Shown here one piece after another: positions 53,083 to 61,982 of a stretch of 64,000 nt of DNA. The position numbers were made by a program, and so were the translations under genes. Numbering within the stretch: the first letter of the stretch is position 1; each line of letters opens with the position of its first letter. Location of the stretch: the NCBI GenBank assembly GCA_902605365.1, contig CACLCM010000001.1:82595-146594 (forward strand), read 5' to 3'. The notes beneath the pieces are model-generated. The model did not search any database and had not been told where the DNA came from. It saw only the letters and a program-made list of their open reading frames with translations. Origin of the DNA: an uncultured Candidatus Poseidoniales archaeon. GTDB taxonomy: Archaea > Thermoplasmatota > Poseidoniia > Poseidoniales > Poseidoniaceae.

Positions 53083-56000
53083 GTGATGATGATGTTTTTG
53101 AAGACTATGAATAACGACGGGCGTGCAAGAGCAATTTTGCTAGTCCTGATAATGTTACTTTCAACAACTGCCGCGAACCTAGTTTCTGCTTCGACTTCTC
53201 GTACCTATACGACTGATACAGACCCTGTTGATGTTGCATTGGGAGATTTCGATTGTGACGGAGACTTGGACATCGTAACAGCAAACGACAGAAGTACCAG
53301 AATTTCGGTTTTGTGGAATGAAAATGGACATTTCCAGAAGCGCACAGATATCTGGACTTCCGCTAACCCGAACCAAGATGCTGATTTCGAAGATCACTCA
53401 AACACTCAGCAGGTTGAAGTCGGTGAATTCACCGGTGACGACGCTATAGATATCGTAATCTATGCACGTAACAGGCCTCTACGCCAAGATGCAACAGGTG
53501 CGATTGTAGTCGATAAACCAGGTAACGTTACCATCGTTGAAAATGACGGCTGTAGCGTTGACACATTCACGATCAGACAACAATTCGATGTTGTTTGGAT
53601 GTGGGACCTTGCAGTAGCTGATTTGGACCAAGATGGCAACGACGATATCGTCACTCTAGAGTTGTTAGCTGACTTGAAGAATCAGCGTGTTGTCACATAC
53701 CGTGGACCAATCACTTCAAGCACTCAAGGACAAATCACAAGTCTAGGAGATTCTACTCAGAATGCATACAGGGAACTGGAATTAGGTGATTGGGGAGAAC
53801 CTAGTCAGACCAATCCGGTAAGCGGAAGTTGTGATGACAATGACCTTTGGTTAGTTCGCTCAGAAGGTGTAGATTACCTGACCGGCGCGGCAACTAATCC
53901 TGGTAAGTCTGACAACGTTACAGTAGTCGAATTTAATTGTCTTACCAACACTTTCCCTGCTACGATAACATGGAGTTCAACCGGAAGTGCAGGATTACAC
54001 GTTCATGCTTTAGGACCTGAATTTGGTGGTTTCGATATTGCAGACTTAGACAATGATGGAATCATCGACGTAGTTGCAATCAACGATGCAAATACTGAAA
54101 ACGTAACCTATGCAACAATTACGCAATCAACACACACCTACTCTCCTTCAAAGACAGTGTATTTCGGGCCATATATCGCTTGGGAAGTTACTGTTGGTGA
54201 ATTGAACGGTGACGGTGAACCGGATTTCGTTCATGCTGCTAAGTTCAAGCAATCCAACGCAACATCCTCTACAGGAGATACGACTACCAATTACTATCTG
54301 AACTTACCAACAAGCGTACAGGTTACTCTTTCAAACGGTAACGGTGGACATATGAATCCTCTAGAGTACTTTGGTGCAATGAGGCCAACCACTGTTGCAA
54401 TTGGGCAGGTTATTGGCGGGGCTAACAGTGCACCTGACTTGATTGTCGGTCACGGATCATACGACCAATTCACCTATGACGATAACTTTGGCTGGGATGG
54501 CTCATACGACCGAATCGTAGTTATCGAGATGGATAACAAAGACTTGGCGGTTTCAAATATCGATATTTCACCAACCGACGCATATGTTGGACTACTTGGA
54601 GAAGGTACTCGTGAAGTCGAAGTAACAGTAACCAATACTGGAATGGATATCCTAAACGGACAGGCTACTCTTGACGTTGAAATCAAGGAAGTAGACGAAG
54701 CAGCATCTAGCAATGTCACAGTTTATGCTATGGATTGGGATAACCCTGAGGACAAATCTGGGTGTGGCACAGGGTGTGGATGGACTACTGAAGCGTATTA
54801 TGGTGTAAGCCACTGGCACGAAGAAGTCGCTGCTAACAGTTCTGTTGGCCACACTTCTGGTAACAATGCCCCCGCACAGTCTGCTAACGCAAACAACCCA
54901 ACCGATTTCATGTGGTCTGGTGTCATGAAGACCAACTCAAGTGGAGACACTTGGTCCGGATATGAACCAAACTGGGATGAAGGACTAGTTCTGAATGACG
55001 TAGATTTGACAGGTGCAGACCGTGCTTGGATGAGTATTGAGATGTTCAGGCATCTCGGTCTAGCAGATCTTTACACTCAAGACACCAATGGATACGTTCT
55101 AGCTGAAGTTTGGGATGATGCAGCAATTATCGAAGTTTTCTCTGATGATGAAGGATGGGTAACCATCGCATGCCCAACAAGTGCTTACTTCGCAAACCAG
55201 TGTGCCTCGGGAGAGAGTTACTGGGGTGGCTATGACCAAGGAAGAGTTGAGAGTGAACAGAACACTGGCCTAGACGCTGCTATCTTCCGATATGGTGGAG
55301 CAATACCTGGTACACAATACGGCTGGGGTAACTTTACCGAAGATGACCTTGGTGCATTCGAACTATCTAGTTTCGCAGGAGACATAATCGATATTAGATT
55401 CCGCTTCAAGTCTGGATGGGAAGGTTCCTTAGGAACTAACGAATCTACTTGGTCTGGAAGAGATGGTTTCGCTATCGATAACGTAACAATCTGGAAACAG
55501 AATACAGCGTTCACATCAAATGTCCAAAATCAACAGTCAACTATCAATATGAACAACTTGGCTCCTAACGAGGACTACACTACTGCAATTACTGCTGATT
55601 TCATTAATGGAACAACATATCGCATATCTGCAGTCTTGAATTATGCACAAGATGAACAGCCAGCTAACGACGACATTGTTGGTTACATTACAGCATTCAA
55701 TATCTTTGACCCTGCTGTTATGAAGATAGATTCGTTTAATCCTGGTGGATTATATGCAGAAGGTAACTTCCCAATCGAAGTAATGGTTGAGCATCTTGGT
55801 AATACAAATGTCACATTCGACCTTGAAGCCAAGGTCTACAGTGCACTACCTACCGATGTATACTGCGGTTCCCCACTAGTCGTTTGTGAAGAAGGATTCG
55901 AAGGCGGCTCGTCTGGATTTAGATACACCGATGACAACAATGCAAACGGTGGAATTCTTGATGATTCAACTTGCGCTGAGAAGATTTTCGGTTCTCACGC

Positions 56001-59000
56001 ATACTGGTTCGGACACCCATGTAACACAGCAAACAGTTTCGGAGATGTGTGGGAGAATGAAACACTAACAATACCTGGTATCGATTTGACCAACATGTCT
56101 GGAGATTATGTTGCATTGAACTTCGAGTACTTTGCAGAGACATGGTTCGAAATCCAGCAATCTGGAGCAACTTCCTCTGTAAATGATTACGCAGCATTAA
56201 CCGCTGATTGGAACGTTGGAGGAACAGATTACGAAGGTGTAATCTACGGACAATGGATCGATTACAACGAAGATGGATTCTGTATCGTAGACGAAGATGG
56301 AAACGGTTTCATCGACCCTGTAAACGAGACAACGCTCGATAATACTGAGATTGATTACATCGGTGACCCATCTAACGTCAATGGTGGAGCAGGTTCTTAC
56401 AACGTGTTCTTCAACAGTGACGGATTGGTACAAAGCAGAAGTATTGACCTTACTCACTTGTATGTAGTCAATACAACCTCTCCAGATTCGAACTTGTGGA
56501 CCGATGAATGTATCAGTCTTGCAGGATCAGTCGTCGATTTGAATTTCGAATTCCAATCCAACGACGATGGACACAATGGTCAAAATGACGGTGTTCGTGG
56601 AGTTGCTTTCGATAACATCTCTCTTGAGGAGTTCACATTCAGCCAGGATGCATCTTACTCTACAACTGTAATTGACCTAGATGCTGAAGAGAACAGAACC
56701 ATTGCAATCTCAAACCATGACTTCGTATCTGGAGTTTACAAGATTGAGGTTGAATCAATATTCGACAACACAACCCAAGGAACAGCTTGGTACGGATTCG
56801 AAGAGATTTCCCTTGCTAACAACTTAGGCAGAGTGATCTTCTCAGTTGAGAGTGTAGATATCACCTTAGGAAAGCCAGATCAGATATCCTGTCTGTCAGA
56901 TGTTATCCTAGATTGTCACTTGCCAATTGATAGCGCCAAGATGCATGACTGGTCTCTATCTGCAACAAATGGTGTACTTCAAGGAGATTATACATTCCAT
57001 ATGACAGTAGTCGATGAAGCGGATGGCAGTACAGTTCACTCTACTACTGCAGGACCAAGTCAGACTCTATCTGCTCACGAGAGAACTTCGGTTTCCTTCA
57101 CTCCATGGAACGGTTGGATGGATGGTCATTCCTACAACATTAGTTACCATGCAACTTTACCTGACGGTAGTACTTCTGGAAATGTACGCTACTTCCATGC
57201 ATCATTCGCAGACCAAATCGATGTAGCAATTCTTTCGGGAGATTCTACTAGAGTCTCTGCAATTAAGGAAGACTTAGTTCTGCTTGGAATGTCATACACA
57301 CAGTATGATATCCTCGACTGGGATGATTATCTAGACCTTGGATGGATGACTCACTATGACAAGATAATCATGCCATGGCAAGATGTGAATATCGCTAAGC
57401 CTAGTGAAGAAGGCGGTAAAGGATACTTCGAGATAATTGGAAGCTCCTCAAACCAAAATGTGTTGAAGAATTTCATGTCGTCTGGTGGTACAGTACAAGT
57501 TCACTTGTCTGGTGCTACAGATTACTATGATTACTCATCGTCTACAGGAGAGAGCCTACTACCATTCGATATGGATATTCAGCCTCGTAACACTCCTGAA
57601 ACTCGAGTTACTTACAACAACATGGAAGTTGCTGACCCTTACCACCCAATTCTCGATGGTGTAGACTTAGCAGCCTTCCAAGGATTCGACCAATTCGGAA
57701 CAGTTACTGAAGCGATAATCAATACCAAGAGCGCTTCTGCAACTTCGATTCCACGTGCTTGTGGAGACTACTCTGAGGAAGGAGGTTCTTTCCAGCGACT
57801 ATTACAATCAGAAGCAGATTCTCAGGACACTGTTCTGGGAGTATGTAGCTATGTTGACGGTGGATTAATCGTTACTACAATCGATGTATCTAGCGTTTCC
57901 GATAGAGCAGATAGTACTACATTCCCACTATTGGGTAACATGCTATCCTACCACGTATCACCTTATCCAAATGGATTTGGAACACTTGGTAATGGTCTTG
58001 ATTTGACTATAAATGGCGAAGTACCATCTTTCGATCCATCTACAGGAGGATATGCTTACCATTACATGAAGAGTGACTCAGAAATCACATTTGGTCACAC
58101 TACCAGTACTTCTGAAGTGCTATCGACAGATTGGGTAATGAGCGGTCCTACCGATTGGGAAGGATCCTCAATGGCTAGTGGAAGCGACCACACAGATGTT
58201 GCAAACCCAACAGTCAATTTCTGTAAGGTAGACTTGTCATCCGCAACCGGATGTCTTCAAGGAGCAACATGGGAAGTCACTCTTTACCTGCATGACGATG
58301 CTGGACACTCACGTTCCATCAGTGTCACAGTAATGACCGATGATACTCGAGCAGACGAATTCCGTCCTGATGCTGATGCAATAATCGATATGCGGGAAGA
58401 ATACGCTGACCAAATAGAGGACCGTGGAGTCAAATCTGTATCCGGAATAGACTGGCCTCTAAAGAGAATCAACCTGGATGAATCAGGCTCTCTAACAGTA
58501 CATTTCGATGCAGGAAACTCTTCAGATGCTGATGCATTAACCGGTAACGGAATTGAAACCTATGAGTGGACTGTACTGTTCGACAAGCCTTACGATGAAG
58601 ATAATTACAAGTTGGAAGGGCACAATTTCATCACACCATCATCTAGTGATGGAGCTTGGGCTTACACATTCAGTAACGTTACTGTTGACCCAAGTGGACA
58701 AACAGAGTCTCTGATTCGTATCGAACTTGTAGTCTATGATCAGGCTGGAAAGAGTTCTGACAAGTACAAGATGTACTTCTCAGTAGTTCCTGAAGGATTC
58801 GGAGATGCAGAACCTACTGTACAAATCGACTTATCGATGAATGGCACAAAGGTTGTTGGTGATACAATCACTCTAACCGGAAACGTTGTTGATGGTGCAG
58901 AACAAGGCGATGTCTATGTTGAAGCAGCACTATTGGACACTACGTTCGATGAAACTGCAGTCGCAAAGTACACCCTACAACTAGAGGGCAAGTGGGCTAA

Positions 59001-59598
59001 ATCCCCTGCTCTTGGTGATGGAGATGGATTCGAATTAACTTTGAACATCGAAGAATTATTCGATAACATAACCAAGCAAGAGCGTGTATACCTGAAGGTG
59101 TATGAAGGAGATGACAAGCGTTGGCCTATCATCTACTACATTGAAATCACTCTACCTGAATGTCAGGGTCTAACAGTTCCTGTTGAAGTTCTTGACGCAG
59201 AGCCAGATGCATACTGGATTTGGGAGAATGAAGAGTGTGTATGGTCTGGAGATTACACTGACTCCGATGGAGATGGTGCACCTGACAAAGCCCCTGTTAC
59301 CGAAGGAGCAGAATCAGAAGATGACAATCTGATGCTGTATCTAGGAGGAGGAATCGGTCTTCTCATGATTGTTATACTGTCCTTATTCTTTGTACTTCGT
59401 GGAAACGACGAAGAAGATGTAATGGGCGATTCCCAGATGAGTGGAGACTTCTCTGCAACAGCTGCAGGATATGGCGGAGTTGCACAAATGGATCCAATGG
59501 AGCAATATGTTCAACAATTGATTGCTCAAGGATATCCAGAGGAAACAGCCAGGACATATGCTCAGCAATACGCTGGTCACTTCCAACAACAGCAATAG
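53083..59598 (+). CDS. Giant single-pass surface protein (2171 aa): signal, FG-GAP/VCBS-like repeats, long beta-rich region, TM, short Gln-rich cytoplasmic tail
   Basis: Uninterrupted 6.5-kb ORF. Signal ARAILLVLIMLLSTTAANLVSA. Motifs GDFDCDGDLDIVTAN, ADLDQDGNDDIVTLE, ADLDNDGIIDVVAIN and GELNGDGEPDFVHAA. TM helix LYLGGGIGLLMIVILSLFFVL. ATG at 53086. Confidence 0.9.
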   Translation: MMMMFLKTMNNDGRARAILLVLIMLLSTTAANLVSASTSRTYTTDTDPVDVALGDFDCDGDLDIVTANDRSTRISVLWNENGHFQKRTDIWTSANPNQDADFEDHSNTQQVEVGEFTGDDAIDIVIYARNRPLRQDATGAIVVDKPGNVTIVENDGCSVDTFTIRQQFDVVWMWDLAVADLDQDGNDDIVTLELLADLKNQRVVTYRGPITSSTQGQITSLGDSTQNAYRELELGDWGEPSQTNPVSGSCDDNDLWLVRSEGVDYLTGAATNPGKSDNVTVVEFNCLTNTFPATITWSSTGSAGLHVHALGPEFGGFDIADLDNDGIIDVVAINDANTENVTYATITQSTHTYSPSKTVYFGPYIAWEVTVGELNGDGEPDFVHAAKFKQSNATSSTGDTTTNYYLNLPTSVQVTLSNGNGGHMNPLEYFGAMRPTTVAIGQVIGGANSAPDLIVGHGSYDQFTYDDNFGWDGSYDRIVVIEMDNKDLAVSNIDISPTDAYVGLLGEGTREVEVTVTNTGMDILNGQATLDVEIKEVDEAASSNVTVYAMDWDNPEDKSGCGTGCGWTTEAYYGVSHWHEEVAANSSVGHTSGNNAPAQSANANNPTDFMWSGVMKTNSSGDTWSGYEPNWDEGLVLNDVDLTGADRAWMSIEMFRHLGLADLYTQDTNGYVLAEVWDDAAIIEVFSDDEGWVTIACPTSAYFANQCASGESYWGGYDQGRVESEQNTGLDAAIFRYGGAIPGTQYGWGNFTEDDLGAFELSSFAGDIIDIRFRFKSGWEGSLGTNESTWSGRDGFAIDNVTIWKQNTAFTSNVQNQQSTINMNNLAPNEDYTTAITADFINGTTYRISAVLNYAQDEQPANDDIVGYITAFNIFDPAVMKIDSFNPGGLYAEGNFPIEVMVEHLGNTNVTFDLEAKVYSALPTDVYCGSPLVVCEEGFEGGSSGFRYTDDNNANGGILDDSTCAEKIFGSHAYWFGHPCNTANSFGDVWENETLTIPGIDLTNMSGDYVALNFEYFAETWFEIQQSGATSSVNDYAALTADWNVGGTDYEGVIYGQWIDYNEDGFCIVDEDGNGFIDPVNETTLDNTEIDYIGDPSNVNGGAGSYNVFFNSDGLVQSRSIDLTHLYVVNTTSPDSNLWTDECISLAGSVVDLNFEFQSNDDGHNGQNDGVRGVAFDNISLEEFTFSQDASYSTTVIDLDAEENRTIAISNHDFVSGVYKIEVESIFDNTTQGTAWYGFEEISLANNLGRVIFSVESVDITLGKPDQISCLSDVILDCHLPIDSAKMHDWSLSATNGVLQGDYTFHMTVVDEADGSTVHSTTAGPSQTLSAHERTSVSFTPWNGWMDGHSYNISYHATLPDGSTSGNVRYFHASFADQIDVAILSGDSTRVSAIKEDLVLLGMSYTQYDILDWDDYLDLGWMTHYDKIIMPWQDVNIAKPSEEGGKGYFEIIGSSSNQNVLKNFMSSGGTVQVHLSGATDYYDYSSSTGESLLPFDMDIQPRNTPETRVTYNNMEVADPYHPILDGVDLAAFQGFDQFGTVTEAIINTKSASATSIPRACGDYSEEGGSFQRLLQSEADSQDTVLGVCSYVDGGLIVTTIDVSSVSDRADSTTFPLLGNMLSYHVSPYPNGFGTLGNGLDLTINGEVPSFDPSTGGYAYHYMKSDSEITFGHTTSTSEVLSTDWVMSGPTDWEGSSMASGSDHTDVANPTVNFCKVDLSSATGCLQGATWEVTLYLHDDAGHSRSISVTVMTDDTRADEFRPDADAIIDMREEYADQIEDRGVKSVSGIDWPLKRINLDESGSLTVHFDAGNSSDADALTGNGIETYEWTVLFDKPYDEDNYKLEGHNFITPSSSDGAWAYTFSNVTVDPSGQTESLIRIELVVYDQAGKSSDKYKMYFSVVPEGFGDAEPTVQIDLSMNGTKVVGDTITLTGNVVDGAEQGDVYVEAALLDTTFDETAVAKYTLQLEGKWAKSPALGDGDGFELTLNIEELFDNITKQERVYLKVYEGDDKRWPIIYYIEITLPECQGLTVPVEVLDAEPDAYWIWENEECVWSGDYTDSDGDGAPDKAPVTEGAESEDDNLMLYLGGGIGLLMIVILSLFFVLRGNDEEDVMGDSQMSGDFSATAAGYGGVAQMDPMEQYVQQLIAQGYPEETARTYAQQYAGHFQQQQ

Positions 59599-59618
59599 CA
59601 AGCATAGTTGGATAGGCT

Positions 59619-59636
59619 CTGCCCTCTCAAGGGCAG
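59619..59636 (+). terminator. Short GC hairpin after giant gene (CTGCCCT-ctca-AGGGCAG)
   Basis: 7-bp perfect stem with a 4-nt loop, 21 nt after the stop at 59598. No following T-tract, so function is uncertain. Confidence 0.25.
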
Positions 59637-59657
59637 GGTCCTGTGACCGATTGACAT

Positions 59658-60950
59658 ATGAGGTGCGCTCGCTCGCCTCAGTCCATGGACAAGGGTGACA
59701 ACTACACTGTAGCCGATTTGGAACTGGCGAGTGAAGGTGCTTTGCGAGTTGATTGGGCCCGCTCTAGGATGCCCGTCTTAGCTGCACTTCGCGCACAAGC
59801 TGAGATTGACCAACCACTTGCAGGAATGCGAGTTGCTGGTTGCCTCCACGTGACCAAAGAAACGGCTGTACTAATCGAAACCATTGAGGCAGCAGGAGCA
59901 AAAATATCCTGGTCTGGTTGCAATCCACTTTCTACCCAAGATGATGTCGCAGCATGGCTTGCTCGTGAAGGATATTCAGTCCATGCTTGGCATGGACAAT
60001 CTGTTGAAGACTTCTATTGGTGTATTGACAAGACTCTCGAATTCAAACCTACGTTGACCTTAGATGACGGAGCAGATTTGATTGTGCGAGTTCATGGCGA
60101 AAAGTCTGAGTTTGCAGAAACCGTAATCGGAGGAACCGAGGAAACAACAACTGGAGTACACCGTTTGCGAGCTATGGCTGCTGCTGGTGACTTGAAATAT
60201 CCAGTTCTTGCAGTTAATGATGCCATTACTAAGTGGGACTTTGACAATGTTTACGGAACAGGTCAATCAACAATAGATGGAATTATTCGTTCGACTAGTG
60301 TCCTGATTGCAGGAAAAACATTCGTTGTTGCAGGCTACGGACACTGTGGTCGAGGTTTAGCAATGAGGGCCCGTGGAATGGGTGCCAATGTCATCATCAC
60401 TGAAATCGACCCACTTCCTGGTCTTCGTGCAGTAATGGATGGATTTAGAGTAATGAAGATGGATGAAGCTGCTCCATTGGGAGACATATTCTGTACTGCT
60501 ACTGGTATGAAGGATGTAATAGTTGGAAGGCACATGGACATGATGAAAGACGGGGTACTACTTTCCAATACAGGTCACTATGATTGTGAAATTAATATTG
60601 CTGAGTTGAAAGAAAGGTCGGTTTCAATGCGCACTATACGCCCTGAAAACGATGAATACACTTTGGCGAATGGAAATACAATTCACCTGTTAGCTGACGG
60701 CCGACTAGTCAATCTAGCAGCAGCAGAAGGACATCCTTCAGAAGTTATGGACATGAGTTTTGCAAATCAGTTCTTATCGCTGTGCAGGCTTGCTGCTGAG
60801 AGCGATCAATTAGAGGCACAGGTCTACGATATCAGTCTAGAACAAGACATGGGTCTTGCCAAAACCAAACTCGAGACTCTTGGATTTTCAATCGATGAAC
60901 TAACTCAAGAACAGATTACATATTCTACAGATTATACTGCAGGTACGTGA
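59658..60950 (+). CDS. ahcY: Adenosylhomocysteinase
   Basis: DDGADL, GGTEETTTGV, the NAD-binding GYGHCGRG and NTGHYDCEI are present. An alternative, more typical start is at 59685 (MDKGDNYTVADL). Confidence 0.9.
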   Translation: MRCARSPQSMDKGDNYTVADLELASEGALRVDWARSRMPVLAALRAQAEIDQPLAGMRVAGCLHVTKETAVLIETIEAAGAKISWSGCNPLSTQDDVAAWLAREGYSVHAWHGQSVEDFYWCIDKTLEFKPTLTLDDGADLIVRVHGEKSEFAETVIGGTEETTTGVHRLRAMAAAGDLKYPVLAVNDAITKWDFDNVYGTGQSTIDGIIRSTSVLIAGKTFVVAGYGHCGRGLAMRARGMGANVIITEIDPLPGLRAVMDGFRVMKMDEAAPLGDIFCTATGMKDVIVGRHMDMMKDGVLLSNTGHYDCEINIAELKERSVSMRTIRPENDEYTLANGNTIHLLADGRLVNLAAAEGHPSEVMDMSFANQFLSLCRLAAESDQLEAQVYDISLEQDMGLAKTKLETLGFSIDELTQEQITYSTDYTAGT

Positions 60951-61982
60951 TTACTCTTCTTCATAAGAAGATAATTCTGAATCTTCTTCTTCTTCGATGA
61001 ATCCAATTTCATCATAGTGACTTTCGAAGTCAGGCATGTTTATCTTCCAATTCCTTGGAAGTTTCCTGTTTGCAGATATTATCTTCTCAAGGCGCTGTTG
61101 GAATGCAGGTGGGTGCCTTGAAAACAAGAACATATACAGTTTTGTTCCACGAATATCCTCTGGAATCACAACCTTTCCACTACTTGCTTCAAATTGAATC
61201 GCTCTCAACAAGTTGAATCCAGGTTTGTTCACTCTGTGGTATAGTTTACGAGTAAATGACATTCCAATAATTACTGTAACTAGAATTAGTAGACTTGTTA
61301 GACAGAATGCACCCCATCCTTCTCCAAATAACCATCTAGATGCAAATACTTCCATCATAAGAAATGGGATAGTAGTGAGCATGAAAAGCATATTCTCGGA
61401 AACAGGAGCCTTATTGGCTCTCATCTTAATTGCAGTCCAACCTCCATGGTTTTTTTGCCATGGTTTGAAATGGATTTTAGGGTCTTGTTCAGCAGACCTC
61501 TCCAGTGTGCGATGTAGTTGAGTAATTCTAGCGAGTTGAGAATTTGCAATGTCTAAATTATCTTCAAACAGAGAACTTAGACGGTCTCTTGCTTCTGCAT
61601 ACATTCCTAAATCAGACAGTATTGTTGCTTGTTCAACAATAGGTACTGATTCGAGAGGAGCGGCATCTCTACATCGTTGCCACCAATGAAGAGCATCTTC
61701 GTGCAACCCTAACTGGTCGACCATGATTCGACCACCTTTAATCCAAGCATCGACCCTTGATGGGTCAAGTTCAATCACTTTATTGCAAGCAACTAATGCT
61801 TTAGAAGCCTGGTCAATATCTGGGTATTTACCATCAGGAGACAATAGTTCGACGATCATCCACCAAGCATTCGAATGTTCGGGGTCGGCTTTTACTGCTA
61901 ATCTAGCATGCTCTAAAGCATCATCAAATTCGCCATTCTCTTCCGCTTCAATAGCATCAAGATAATGACTTTCACCGCTCAT
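60951..61982 (-). CDS. TPR-repeat protein with two C-terminal-half TM helices
   Basis: The N-terminal half has TPR-like helices (AWWMIVELL..., AWIKGGRIM...). Helices MLFMLTTIPFLMMEVF and AFCLTSLLILVTVIIGMSF follow. The start forms an ATGA overlap with the upstream stop. Confidence 0.65.
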   Translation of the reverse strand: MSGESHYLDAIEAEENGEFDDALEHARLAVKADPEHSNAWWMIVELLSPDGKYPDIDQASKALVACNKVIELDPSRVDAWIKGGRIMVDQLGLHEDALHWWQRCRDAAPLESVPIVEQATILSDLGMYAEARDRLSSLFEDNLDIANSQLARITQLHRTLERSAEQDPKIHFKPWQKNHGGWTAIKMRANKAPVSENMLFMLTTIPFLMMEVFASRWLFGEGWGAFCLTSLLILVTVIIGMSFTRKLYHRVNKPGFNLLRAIQFEASSGKVVIPEDIRGTKLYMFLFSRHPPAFQQRLEKIISANRKLPRNWKINMPDFESHYDEIGFIEEEEDSELSSYEEE

